From: a virus | Taxonomy: Duplodnaviria; Caudoviricetes | DNA length: 64,000 nucleotides | IMG/VR virus record: IMGVR_UViG_2695420662_000003 | Coordinates: 1 to 64,000 of that record | Strand: one strand, 5' to 3' | Part shown: positions 20,250-31,169 of the stretch, piece by piece | How the letters are laid out: every line of letters begins with the position of its first letter | Numbering within the stretch: position 1 is the first letter of the stretch | Made by a program: the position numbers and the translations under genes | The notes under the pieces: model-generated | Told to the model about the DNA's origin: nothing | Databases searched by the model: none | What the model saw: only the letters and a program-made list of their open reading frames with translations

Positions 20250-21434
20250 TTACTCCATGCAATCTAAGTATATATTATATAAACATAATTTTCCAATATC
20301 TTTATTAATTATAAGTAAATTTTGTGAAGGTCTTGATACCAATCCTAAATTTTTAGCATAAGAATCTGTTCCAGAAAGTGAACCATTTATTATTAACTCA
20401 CAGTTCCCTATGGTATCCATATAGCTATGGTGCAAATGTCCAATGCAGACATAGTTAGGAACTTCGCCTATCATAGAAGTTATACGTTGAACTATATTGT
20501 TTTTATTTCCGAATTTATCTCCGTGACACGCTGCTATTTTCCATCCTAGGCATTCAAAATATATAAGTTCTTTATCATATTTATTTTCTTTAAATATGAC
20601 ATTTTTCATATTTCTACATCTTGATTTTAATATGTATTTTATAAAGTATTCGAAATTTTCTCCATCTAAACTATCTGATTTATTAGGAGTTATTCTTCCA
20701 TGATTGCCGACCGAATAATATATATCTATACTAAATAATTTTGTTTCCGCTAATGAATATATAAATTCGGCAAGTATTTCCGCTGCATGAACTGTTTGAT
20801 CTGCCACATCTTCTTGGTTTTCTATCCTTGTAGTTGTATGTAAAAGCCCATTAATTATATCCCCTATACATAATATGTTTAATTTTTTTATATTATTTTG
20901 TTTTGCATATGTAATAGTTTTCTCTTTTAAATAATTTAATCTTTGTAGCAGTATATCCATATCAAATTTATTCCAATGATTATTTGTTTCTAGCCCTATA
21001 TGTAAATCGGATAATGTTAATATCCCTTCGTTATCTTCGATATTATTTAATTCTACACTTTCCGTTATCAATGGCAATTGTTTATTAAGTTGATTTGCTA
21101 TATCTTGTGCATATTCTAATATCTTTTCCCTTCTGGCATCTTCTCTACACATTCTATTTATATAGGTTCTTAAATCTTGATTTTTAGTTCGCTCTTTTTT
21201 TAGTTCCGTTATTTTCTCATTTAATTCTATTAATTGTTCATCCGTAGCATTTTCTATACCTTGTTCATGTAAATAATCATTATATAATTTTATACCATAT
21301 GAAATTTTCCTAAGATGATCATTTGAATAATTTAAACCTAAATAATCATTTACTTCTTTCCATGACATATCACTTTCTTTGTTTAATTTATTTAAAACTA
21401 AATCTATTATCTCTTTTTTATTATTCATCCGCAC
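20250..21434 (-). CDS. Calcineurin-like metallophosphoesterase with N-terminal HTH/coiled coil
   Basis: SDLHIG, GDIING, GNHGR, CHGD, GHLHH motifs. Confidence 0.88.
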   Translation of the reverse strand: MRMNNKKEIIDLVLNKLNKESDMSWKEVNDYLGLNYSNDHLRKISYGIKLYNDYLHEQGIENATDEQLIELNEKITELKKERTKNQDLRTYINRMCREDARREKILEYAQDIANQLNKQLPLITESVELNNIEDNEGILTLSDLHIGLETNNHWNKFDMDILLQRLNYLKEKTITYAKQNNIKKLNILCIGDIINGLLHTTTRIENQEDVADQTVHAAEILAEFIYSLAETKLFSIDIYYSVGNHGRITPNKSDSLDGENFEYFIKYILKSRCRNMKNVIFKENKYDKELIYFECLGWKIAACHGDKFGNKNNIVQRITSMIGEVPNYVCIGHLHHSYMDTIGNCELIINGSLSGTDSYAKNLGLVSRPSQNLLIINKDIGKLCLYNIYLDCME

Positions 21435-21709
21435 GTCTCCCTTATATTTATAAATATCCGATATTTAATTATGTTTTCCGTTCGATTAAAATAGGCATTT
21501 TATTGGAATTTTGCACTCTGAGAACTGGTATTTCCAATATCTCCAGAGTGATGTTTTATATTAAATTGTATCTATCATATGTACTATCCTTTATATTTTA
21601 CGTCCTAAGACCATATTTTCATAATTATTAATATTACTATTATTAGACTAAATATTTGCATTGCTGCAAGCCCTACAAACGTCCGTATCAAGTTTTCATT
21701 TGTCATACT

Positions 21710-22547
21710 TTATATATCTTCCTTTTCTTCTGATATAGTTGAAATTTTAATCACATCAGGAATCATTAAAACTTCATGTCCATCAAAAACCTCTTCGAAT
21801 TTCTTTTGTAGAATATTCATATAATCCATATTTATTTTACAAAAACCTCCTTCATCTGAAGGATATCTGATTACTATAATGTCGTTCTTATTCAATTTTA
21901 AATTCTCATATGTACAATCTGTTGTTTCTATATTATTATTTATTTCTATTTCTAAATTATCTTCAATCAATCCTAATTCTCTATCTATCCACTCCTGCGA
22001 ATCCTCTACAAAAGCACAAGCACCTTCAGCAATTTGATTCAAGAATAATTCTTTGCCTTGTATTGGCAGTGTTTCTATATAAGCATCTATATTTTCTTCG
22101 TATTCATAATTTTCTATGTAGTATATTATCTTAGGTTTTTCATTAAACCATTTTTCTAATTCATTGTGTTTCTCTATACTTCCTACGCATTCATTACATA
22201 ATTGTAACATGGTATTATGGCTATCATATAAACTTCCATAACTTCTGCCAACTAATTTATAAGTATTTATAGCCTTTTTCTTTTGCAGACACTTAAAACA
22301 CAAATCTTTTTCATATTTAACATATTTAATTTTACTCATAATCAAATTATCCCCTTTTAGAATATTTTCTTTTCTCTATTTTTTCTAATATTTCCTCACC
22401 TGTAACATAAGTAAAATATCCTAATGCCCCGATGAGAACTGCGACTTGAACTATTCTAAGTCCTATTTCACCAAGTATTAATCCAGGTAATAAAATTACT
22501 AACAACCCTATAAGTATAATTGGCAACCCTACTAAAAATTTCTTCAT
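21710..22547 (-). other. Two hypothetical ORFs (21710-22345 with CxxC pairs; 22347-22547 two-TM membrane protein)
   Basis: ORF track, coupled, hydrophobic segments in second. Confidence 0.65.
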
Positions 22548-22566
22548 AATATCCTCCTTATTCCCA

Positions 22567-23217
22567 TCATAAATTTCTTAATATATCAAAATCCATTAAC
22601 TCTTTATGTTCAAAGTAATCATCGTTTATAAAATTAACTTTCAATTCTCTTTCAAATTGTTCGGTATGTGGTATATTTGTAATTCCGCTAAATTGGAGAT
22701 GGTCATTCTTTGTGTTACATATAAAATATGCGTTTTTACACTGTCTTGTAAGTACATCTCCATGTATTACTATTCCATTCATACCTCTTATCATCATATT
22801 TAATAATAGAAAAGGGATTGTTCTATCTGATAACTCTTCTACTACTGCAAAATGATATTGCGGTTTATAATCAAAAGGAGAATATGTTCTTCTAAAATTA
22901 TCCCAGTGCTTAATTAATAACCCGCCAGTTCCACAACAACATTCATAGTAATTCCCATCATTTTCAGAACCCATTGCTAATTTACTTAATAAATCAGCAA
23001 CACATTCTGGAGTAAAATCTTGTTTCTTTGTTTTTCTATCAGCATGTTCATCTTCAAAGTATTTGTGAAACCAATCAAATCCTACGTCGTAATTATGTTC
23101 TTCTAATAGTTTCATAAATAATTCTTCTCTTTTTTCTTTATCATATAGCACCTTCATAATCTTATCAGGTGCTTTATAGCTATCATCTACACCAAATATT
23201 TTATTAAAATCCATCAT
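22567..23217 (-). CDS. Short N6-adenine methyltransferase-like protein (HsdM-like SAM-binding part)
   Basis: QDFTP, YECCCGTGG motif I, HGDVL; no NPPY/F motif visible. Confidence 0.75.
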   Translation of the reverse strand: MMDFNKIFGVDDSYKAPDKIMKVLYDKEKREELFMKLLEEHNYDVGFDWFHKYFEDEHADRKTKKQDFTPECVADLLSKLAMGSENDGNYYECCCGTGGLLIKHWDNFRRTYSPFDYKPQYHFAVVEELSDRTIPFLLLNMMIRGMNGIVIHGDVLTRQCKNAYFICNTKNDHLQFSGITNIPHTEQFERELKVNFINDDYFEHKELMDFDILRNL

Positions 23218-23256
23218 TAAATCCTCCTTATTATATTAATAATATCTCAATAAAAG

Positions 23257-23994
23257 TTAAATTTTATCTACATTTTTAATCCTGTCCATCGCAATATTAT
23301 AATAATTCTTATCTAGTTCAAAACCTATATAATTTCTATTTGTGTTCATCGCTGCTACTGCAGTTGTTCCTGATCCAATACAATTATCTAAAACAGTCAT
23401 ACCTTCGTCTGTATATGATTTTATTAACCACTCACATATATCTGTTGATTTTTCTGTCGGATGTATCATTTTTGATGGATGAGGCTTGCTAAATTCAAGG
23501 ATGGACGTTGGGTGCTTCATATCACCTAATTCCTTAGAATTGTCTACAAAGTCAAAACTTCCATAATTGTTATTTTCATTATCTTTTACCTTCCCTTTTG
23601 AATGATTTGGTTTACCTTTTACTTTTTGAGGATTGTATTTTGGGGCTTTCTTATAAAATATACATATATCCTCATGCTGTCTCAACGGCATTCTATTTGC
23701 ATTTAAAAATCCGCTAGATAAAACCTTATTCCACACCAGATTATATTTCCACATAGACTTGTTACTTAACATTAACTCCGCAGTAAACATTCCATTTGCA
23801 AATAATGCTATAACTCCATTATCTTTTATAATTCTTTTATACTCTTTCCATAGTTTATCAAATGGAATAACGCTATCCCATTTGTTTTTTGTTTGCCCGT
23901 AAGGTAAATCGCATAATATCATATCTACTGATTTATCCCTTAATCTCTTCATGCCTTCCAAACAATCCATATTATATATCTTATTTAATTCCAT
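23257..23994 (-). CDS. Beta-class N4/N6 DNA methyltransferase
   Basis: DCLEGM, CDLPY, HPTEKS, VLDNCIGSGTT, IGFELD. Confidence 0.92.
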   Translation of the reverse strand: MELNKIYNMDCLEGMKRLRDKSVDMILCDLPYGQTKNKWDSVIPFDKLWKEYKRIIKDNGVIALFANGMFTAELMLSNKSMWKYNLVWNKVLSSGFLNANRMPLRQHEDICIFYKKAPKYNPQKVKGKPNHSKGKVKDNENNNYGSFDFVDNSKELGDMKHPTSILEFSKPHPSKMIHPTEKSTDICEWLIKSYTDEGMTVLDNCIGSGTTAVAAMNTNRNYIGFELDKNYYNIAMDRIKNVDKI

Positions 23995-24034
23995 ATGTAC
24001 AAAACTCTCCCAATAAAATTTTAGTTTTATTTGT

Positions 24035-24957
24035 TTAATCTATTTTTTCTATTGTATATCCATCCAATAAATTTAAATTTCTTATAAGATTAAAATCGGC
24101 AGTATCTTCATCATAGCCCTCGATAGTTATTCTTGCAACTTCCGTTATAAATGCCATTGTTTTTATAAACATCAGATAACTATGTCCTCCACATATATGA
24201 TAATATCCATCTTTATCAATAGGATAATCCTCTCCATTAAAATTAAAGTGTGAACACCCATCCCATTTAACATCTACATCAGCAAAATATTCATAGTCAC
24301 AAGGCTCATCATTATACCACGAATGAGGTATAAAAACCTCTCCACTTAATCTTACTTCATTAATCTTCCTTATTCGATACTCGCAAATTATTAATTCATT
24401 ACTATCCTTCAGTACATATTTCATATACTCCACTACCTCTCCCAATTAAAATAATTTATTTTCTTTTTTAATTTATTTAACTCTATTCATAAAATCTTTA
24501 TCGCACCATATTGGCGAATCCGGATATCGTTTTATTATTTTCATTAATTCATTATCGTTTATCTCTTTTGTTATATTTATAAAACTTAAGTTTGCCCTCA
24601 TAATCAACCTCCAATATTATCTTGTTTTTACTTCCAACTTACAAATACTTCTATTCCATAGCCAACTTGATCATGATATCTGTTTATATTTACTTTATAA
24701 TCCTTTTCTATTAAAATCTTATGTATTTCATCCTTATACATTAATTCAAATAACTCTAATACTGATCTATTCTGTGTTGGAAATCTATCCTTAAATGATG
24801 TTTTTCTCTTTGAAGAATTTTTATTTATATTCTCTATAACTTTTTCACATAAATTTTCACTAAATACTCTAGTATCCTCTCTCATACCATAAAGATAACT
24901 TTTTATAGTATTATCCTTTGCCTCGCTAGCACTTTTTAATTTATCTAAATACTCCAT
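24035..24957 (-). other. Hypothetical ORFs (24035-24445, 24628-24957)
   Basis: Co-oriented ORFs. Confidence 0.6.
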
Positions 24958-24975
24958 ATATAAAACCTCCCATTT

Positions 24976-25419
24976 TTATTTACTAAACTCTATATAATTA
25001 CCATTTTCATCTTTTATTACTTCTAAACAACTTACAAATTGAGTAATCTCATCACATCTAATCTTCAATAATTCATCTATCAGTGGAAACTCCACAAATC
25101 TACATCTATCCGCATGTAAACTCACTACGCCTTTATCACCTTTTGTATCCATAGTATATATTACTCCATCTAATATATATTCTCTATCATCTACCTTATC
25201 TGATATAACAAGTTTATCTTCTGAATATCTTCCGCCATGAGCCATTATTAATGATTTTGCATTCGTTATTTCATTAAATAGTAATACATACACTTTTGTT
25301 TCACCATCTACTTTTGTTTTGATGATTTTTATTTCATTATGAGTTTCAAGTTTATTACCCAAATCTCCGTTTATTTCTTTTAAAACTATATAACCAGAAT
25401 CCTTTATAGCAAAATACAT
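24976..25419 (-). CDS. Hypothetical protein, paralog of 25485-25985
   Basis: Shared N-terminal F.IKD and C-terminal QF....V..DENG. Confidence 0.65.
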   Translation of the reverse strand: MYFAIKDSGYIVLKEINGDLGNKLETHNEIKIIKTKVDGETKVYVLLFNEITNAKSLIMAHGGRYSEDKLVISDKVDDREYILDGVIYTMDTKGDKGVVSLHADRCRFVEFPLIDELLKIRCDEITQFVSCLEVIKDENGNYIEFSK

Positions 25420-25484
25420 ATTATTACCTCCGTTATTTTATTGGTATATGAGAACTCTCAAAGTCCCCATATACCATTTTTTTA

Positions 25485-25985
25485 TTAATTTCTTATTATG
25501 CTTAAAAAATCACCATTCTCATCTTCGTATACTCTAAATGCTGTATCAAATTGAGACACTTCTTCTGTCGAAAATTCAAATATTTTATTTTCACGATACT
25601 TCATATCAGAAAACTTAATCTTATTACATACGATTTTTACAAGTTCATCTTTCCCATTTTCAAGTTTAATTCTTAGTTTTCCTATTAATTTATACACGTT
25701 ATTATTTCGATTTTTGTTAAAAGTTATCTTAAAATTACCCATCTCTTTATCGAAATCCGTTTTTGGTTTCATATTTCCACTTTGTAGTTCTAGCAATTCA
25801 AAATTTGTAACCTCATGATTTAATAATAACAATACCGCATCATTCTCTGTTTCTTCATCTTCGCTCCAGTATGTTGTTTCTACTATTTTTGCTGAGTTTA
25901 AAAAATCTATATTTAAAACTCTCTTTCCACCTTCATCAAATAACCCTACATCTATACAATCTTTTATAACAAAATTTATATTCAT
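25485..25985 (-). CDS. Hypothetical protein, paralog of 24976-25419
   Basis: Shared N-terminal F.IKD and C-terminal QF....V..DENG. Confidence 0.65.
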   Translation of the reverse strand: MNINFVIKDCIDVGLFDEGGKRVLNIDFLNSAKIVETTYWSEDEETENDAVLLLLNHEVTNFELLELQSGNMKPKTDFDKEMGNFKITFNKNRNNNVYKLIGKLRIKLENGKDELVKIVCNKIKFSDMKYRENKIFEFSTEEVSQFDTAFRVYEDENGDFLSIIRN

Positions 25986-26001
25986 ATTCTAATCCTCCAA
26001 T

Positions 26002-26505
26002 TTACTCACAATATAATACTATTTGATCTTGTTTTAAACTTTCTTTTACATCTATAACTCTTTGATTCTTTGAACCTCTCAATCTTAAAGTTATATCTTT
26101 CAATCCCTCAACAAATTTTCCATCTATCAATACATCTAAATAACACAAAATCTCTTTTTGTTTATCTGATAATTCTTCTAAAACATACCCCGTCCATAAA
26201 TATATATGTTTGTCTGGAAAATCATGTTTAAATCTTTTACATAAATTTATAACCCCATCAATATTAGGAGTTGCCAAAGGCTCTCCCCCTAATACAGATA
26301 AGTTTCTTTTTATTCCATTTTTATTTATATTCTCACATATGTACTGGTAAATCTTATTATTATATTCATATCCACCTTCTAAAGACCATGTTTCTTTATT
26401 GAAACACCCTTTACAATGATGCGGACAATACTGTGTAAATACCGATATATTTATTCCTTCATCAGAATTTACTATATCATTAAGTTTTATTGTATTTATT
26501 TTCAA
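26002..26505 (-). CDS. nrdG: Anaerobic ribonucleotide reductase activating protein
   Basis: CPHHCKGCFNKETW radical-SAM motif, LGGEP, DVLIDGKF, RGSKNQRVID; next to nrdD. Confidence 0.95.
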   Translation of the reverse strand: MKINTIKLNDIVNSDEGINISVFTQYCPHHCKGCFNKETWSLEGGYEYNNKIYQYICENINKNGIKRNLSVLGGEPLATPNIDGVINLCKRFKHDFPDKHIYLWTGYVLEELSDKQKEILCYLDVLIDGKFVEGLKDITLRLRGSKNQRVIDVKESLKQDQIVLYCE

Positions 26506-26516
26506 TTAATCATCTC

Positions 26517-28646
26517 CTATAAATGAAGGACTCTTTGTGCTATTTCTTGTGTTCTACCTTCACACCAATCATTAGATCCTATATAGCCGCATGTTCTTCT
26601 CATTATTTGCATCTTAGATGTATCTGTGTTACCACAAGAAGGGCATTTCCATGATGTCTCATTTACTATCTCTGCTTCACCTGAGTAACCGCAATCAAAG
26701 CATACATCCGCTTTTGTATTTATTTCTGCATATTGTACATTATGATATATGTAATTTATTATCTGCTCTACCGCTTTTATGTTGTTTTGCATATTTGGGA
26801 CTTCTATATAAGATATACATCCTCCAGATGATATACTATGGAATTGACTTTCAAATTTCAATTTTGTAAATGCATCTATTTCTTCTGCAACATGAACATG
26901 ATATGAATTAGTATAATATTTTCTGTCTGTTACATTTTTTATTTCTCCAAATTTCTGTTTATCTATTCTACAGAATCTTGAAGTTAAATTTTCTCCAGGA
27001 GTTCCATACAATCCAAACCCGTATTTTGTTTCCTCTTTCCATTCATCACACTTTGATTTTAGATATTGCATTACTTTAAGTGCAAAATCTTCGCCTTCTG
27101 GAGTTGTATGACTAACTCCTAGCATTGCCTGTGTCATTTCATATACACCAACATAACCTAGTGATACAGTTGCATATCCGTTTTCTAATAAACTATCTAT
27201 CAATTCACCCTTTTTAAGTCTTGCGATTCCACCATATTGCCAGTGAATAGGTGATATATCTGACTTAGTTCCTTTTAATAACTTAATTCTTGTTAATAGT
27301 GCATCCTTGCAAAGATCTAATCTTTCATCTAATACCTTCCAAAATTTATCCATGTCTTTATTGGCAGTCAATGCAACTTGAACTAAGTTTAATGATACGA
27401 CACCACAATTAAATCTTCCATACCATTTATAGTTCCCATTTTCATCTTTCCATGGAGATAAATGACTTCTACAACCCATAGGTGGGAATGTGCTTCCTTT
27501 GTAATTCTTTCTCATTATTTTGGCACTTTGATAATCCGGAACTAATCTTTTAGTATTACATACTGCTGCTAGTTTAGTAATATAATCATATTTTCCACCT
27601 TCTAAGCAGTTGTGTTCATCTAAAAGATAAACTAATTTTGGGAATTCCTCTCCTATATTATCCCCTTTATAACTCTTCATTCCTTCTATTCTTTGTTTTA
27701 TCATTTCTTCACAAATTAAAGCCATTTCTTTTTCATACTTATGACCTTCTTCGATTTCTAAATATATAGTACAGAATGGAGATTGCCCATTGCTTGTATG
27801 AAGAGTAGATAATTGATATCTTATTGTTTGTATTCCAGACTTAAGTTCTTCTATCATTCTATCTTCCGCTAAATCATGTGCTAATTTACGCCCATGCCCT
27901 TTATTTATGTATTTATTGTAATATTTATCATATGTAATTCTTAAAAATGGTGCTATATGTTTTATAGTTATTGAATTTCCACCATATTGTCCACTAGCTA
28001 TTTGTGCTATTATTTGTGTTACAACTGTACATGCAGTACTAAATGACTTTGGAGGTTCTACCATCTTCTCATTTATTACTGTGCCATTATTTAACATATC
28101 CTCTAGATTTATAAGCATACAGTTATGAATGGGTTGTATTGCATAGTCCATATCATGATAATGAAGAACGCCTTCGTCATGCGCCTGAGTTATGTGTGCT
28201 GGTAACAATCTTCTTCTTGCTATATCCTTAGATACTTCCCCGGCAATTAAATCTCTTTGGGTAGATGCTAGATATGAATTCTTATTAGAGTTCTCATTTA
28301 GAACATCTGTGTTTGTTAAGTCCATTATACCCATTATACTTTCATCTATGGTGTTAGTCTCTCTTTTGAACGATTGAACCGCCCTATATCCTTCATATGC
28401 TTTTGCCGTTAAATCTGCTCCGTTTTTTATTAATTTATCATACACCATATGCTCTATATTTCCCACAGATAAATCTTCTTGTGATTCTTTTGCTGTCTCT
28501 TCTATATTTTCCGCTATACTTGTTGCTAATGATTTATTAACTATTCCACTACCATACTTCATTGCTCTGAATATAGCATCCTGGATTTTACTCTTGTCAA
28601 AATTTACTTTACTTCCGTCTCTTTTTATAATTTTAGTTTTTATCAT
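26517..28646 (-). CDS. nrdD: Anaerobic ribonucleoside-triphosphate reductase with ATP cone
   Basis: IIKRDG ATP cone, HYHDMDY, MGCRS, YTNSYH, CFDCG..CPSCG, RRTCGYIG glycyl-radical loop. Confidence 0.96.
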   Translation of the reverse strand: MIKTKIIKRDGSKVNFDKSKIQDAIFRAMKYGSGIVNKSLATSIAENIEETAKESQEDLSVGNIEHMVYDKLIKNGADLTAKAYEGYRAVQSFKRETNTIDESIMGIMDLTNTDVLNENSNKNSYLASTQRDLIAGEVSKDIARRRLLPAHITQAHDEGVLHYHDMDYAIQPIHNCMLINLEDMLNNGTVINEKMVEPPKSFSTACTVVTQIIAQIASGQYGGNSITIKHIAPFLRITYDKYYNKYINKGHGRKLAHDLAEDRMIEELKSGIQTIRYQLSTLHTSNGQSPFCTIYLEIEEGHKYEKEMALICEEMIKQRIEGMKSYKGDNIGEEFPKLVYLLDEHNCLEGGKYDYITKLAAVCNTKRLVPDYQSAKIMRKNYKGSTFPPMGCRSHLSPWKDENGNYKWYGRFNCGVVSLNLVQVALTANKDMDKFWKVLDERLDLCKDALLTRIKLLKGTKSDISPIHWQYGGIARLKKGELIDSLLENGYATVSLGYVGVYEMTQAMLGVSHTTPEGEDFALKVMQYLKSKCDEWKEETKYGFGLYGTPGENLTSRFCRIDKQKFGEIKNVTDRKYYTNSYHVHVAEEIDAFTKLKFESQFHSISSGGCISYIEVPNMQNNIKAVEQIINYIYHNVQYAEINTKADVCFDCGYSGEAEIVNETSWKCPSCGNTDTSKMQIMRRTCGYIGSNDWCEGRTQEIAQRVLHL

Positions 28647-28850
28647 ATATGTACATTTACTCCTTAAATTTATTTTTAAAATACAACATTGTCACCGAAC
28701 TTATTATATTTTAATCCTTACAATCTTTACGATATACACCTTTTGCGAATCTTATATTAGTCATTATATGTACTCCTTATGTAATATTCCAAATAAAATC
28801 AGTCTTTTATTTCCATTTTTATGTATATTTATTTATTTTTTTTGCTTATA

Positions 28851-29201
28851 TTATTTATAACTCCATATAATATCTGTATTATTCTTACCTGTTCTTACTT
28901 CTATCATTGGTAGTTCAGGAGCCTCCTCATCACCATCACTTATTAATGGAAGATCATATCTTAATGCAATTTCATATGTTTTAATTTTATTATTATTAAT
29001 ATCTATAATATCTATACTAAATACTCCTATTGCATAATAATACATTTCTTCATAGTTTATTATAAAACGTTTTTTACAATCCTCCACAAGTTCGTCACAT
29101 TCTTTTATTTTATAAAAAAGTTCTTTGAATACTAGGTCATCTTCGTCTCTAACTTCAAATTTATTTTCCATGCAAGTTATTAGTTTTTCTATGTTGTACA
29201 T
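28851..29201 (-). CDS. Hypothetical protein
   Basis: ORF coupled to upstream gene. Confidence 0.6.
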   Translation of the reverse strand: MYNIEKLITCMENKFEVRDEDDLVFKELFYKIKECDELVEDCKKRFIINYEEMYYYAIGVFSIDIIDINNNKIKTYEIALRYDLPLISDGDEEAPELPMIEVRTGKNNTDIIWSYK

Positions 29202-29204
29202 AAT

Positions 29205-29906
29205 TTATTTACCCCCAACATTGTCATTGATTTGAATTTCAACATCTATATTAACTATAGATTCAATAAGGTCTGTAATTACATCTTCAGCCCTAACCCT
29301 TAAATCTGACTCTGCTACTGCCTTATTTGCTTCTTCTTTTGCAACGACATTCAACCTATTACTAGCCTTATGTAATAAATCGGCATCATCATTTTTGAAA
29401 ACATCTTTAAGTTTATTTCCTAAAGATTCCTTTTTATCAAGTATTTTTATATCAGATACCTGTTCACACTTGTATAAGTAGATATCTTCCCTGTTGATAC
29501 TAACTAATATACTATCCTTTTTATTTTTTATCCCCTTAATAACTTTTGACATATCTATTGTAAATGCTACATCATAAACACTTTCTAATGTTATATTATC
29601 ATCTTTGTTATATCCGAACGTATCACTAACTCTAATTTGAGTCTCACAAAATGATAATTTACTAGCATTAACCAATTCACTCTTTAAGGTGCTTACCGCC
29701 TCTAGATATATGTCATCGTTAAATTCCTCTTTCTTGAATTCCTTTACTACTATGTTGTCTTGCTTATTCATTTTTATATTTTTATATGTAAGTATTGTTC
29801 CTCCAACTGTCAATACCAATGCAAGCCCTATAACAATCGTTTTTTTATTTTTTAATTGTCTATGTACCCAAGTTGATATTTTTCTCTTTATCAACTTCCA
29901 TTTCAA
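29205..29906 (-). CDS. Membrane-anchored protein (DUF4230-like)
   Basis: Single N-terminal TM helix, YDVAFTIDMSK and C-terminal AE.VI..LI pattern. Confidence 0.55.
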   Translation of the reverse strand: MKWKLIKRKISTWVHRQLKNKKTIVIGLALVLTVGGTILTYKNIKMNKQDNIVVKEFKKEEFNDDIYLEAVSTLKSELVNASKLSFCETQIRVSDTFGYNKDDNITLESVYDVAFTIDMSKVIKGIKNKKDSILVSINREDIYLYKCEQVSDIKILDKKESLGNKLKDVFKNDDADLLHKASNRLNVVAKEEANKAVAESDLRVRAEDVITDLIESIVNIDVEIQINDNVGGK

Positions 29907-29932
29907 TTTATATTAGTACCTCCTCAATATTA

Positions 29933-29961
29933 ATTTTAACGACACTTTTACTTAAAGTCAA
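29933..29961 (-). promoter_or_regulatory. sigmaA-type promoter
   Basis: TTGACT-17-TAAAAT. Confidence 0.6.
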
Positions 29962-29984
29962 ACACTTTTTACTAAATATGTACT

Positions 29985-30734
29985 TTATTTTCTAAACCCA
30001 TTTTGCTCATTTGGTTTATTTTGATGAAGTTTATCTAAGTATGTAACAACATGTCGAATTATACCATCTGATATGGAATTACTTACCATATCTAAACCTT
30101 CTTCACTATTAATCAAATTATTATATTCAGGATTATCATAGAATCCACACTCAATCAATATTCCAGGTATTCCCAACTCGGTTGCCTTATCTAATAATCC
30201 TATATTATTTCTTTGATTATCTACTCCATTATTCCTAAGTGGAATTCCAGTTTCAGAAGAGTAATCTTTTATTATTTTATTTGCCAAATATGTAGTAACA
30301 TTTTCCATACTATCTTGATCCACTATAGCATGTGTTCCATTTACAGATGTTTGCATATCATGACCTAATGCATCTTGATGTATGCTTATTATAAAATCAA
30401 CATTATTTTGTTTACATTCCTCTGCTCTACTACTCCTACCTTTATTCATCTTATCAGGATTAGTTAAATAAACCTTCACATCAGGTCTTATACGTTCTAT
30501 ATTTTCTTTTATTCTATGTACTATTTCGTAATTATATTCAACTTCTCCAATGCCGTTATAATCCTTTTTATAGGAATTTTCATTAATATTATGGCCTGCA
30601 TCTAAACAAAGGACTATATCTTCTTTCTTATATGTACTATCTTTATTATTTGCATATGTACTAAAACAACTTCCAACTATCGCTGCAATAACTAATGTTG
30701 ATACGAATATTTTCTTTATTCTTTTTAACAACAT
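29985..30734 (-). CDS. N-acetylmuramoyl-L-alanine amidase (Amidase_3) with signal peptide
   Basis: LDAGH, E, ISIHQD, LIECGF zinc-amidase motifs; basic-hydrophobic N-terminus ending TYA. Confidence 0.88.
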   Translation of the reverse strand: MLLKRIKKIFVSTLVIAAIVGSCFSTYANNKDSTYKKEDIVLCLDAGHNINENSYKKDYNGIGEVEYNYEIVHRIKENIERIRPDVKVYLTNPDKMNKGRSSRAEECKQNNVDFIISIHQDALGHDMQTSVNGTHAIVDQDSMENVTTYLANKIIKDYSSETGIPLRNNGVDNQRNNIGLLDKATELGIPGILIECGFYDNPEYNNLINSEEGLDMVSNSISDGIIRHVVTYLDKLHQNKPNEQNGFRK

Positions 30735-30802
30735 TATAACTCAATCTCCCAATATTAAAATTTAATTATCGTCCACTGAAATCATTATCTTATATAAAAT
30801 AT

Positions 30803-31081
30803 TTATCTTATGTATTTCTCATATGTACATTTTTTCATATCTACAAACATATTATCCAATATATTATAATAAACCATTCCTATTCCCATCATATCAATAT
30901 ATACATCTATCATTTGTCTCCTACCTATTATCCTACCATCATTATCGAATTTATCTTTTATAACATATTCCTTTATTCTACTACATATTTCTTCTGGATA
31001 TCCTCTTAAAGTTTGAATGTTACCATTTTCAAATAGTACAGTACATTCATTATGGCATCCTGGATCAAGATATATTCTCAT
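30803..31081 (-). CDS. Hypothetical protein
   Basis: ORF with AAGGAG RBS. Confidence 0.6.
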   Translation of the reverse strand: MRIYLDPGCHNECTVLFENGNIQTLRGYPEEICSRIKEYVIKDKFDNDGRIIGRRQMIDVYIDMMGIGMVYYNILDNMFVDMKKCTYEKYIR

Positions 31082-31169
31082 ATTTTTACACTCCTTATTT
31101 AAACGTCTTATAGACTATTATATTTATTTTTAATTTCATATGTACTGTGGGGATATAAATCCCCGTATA

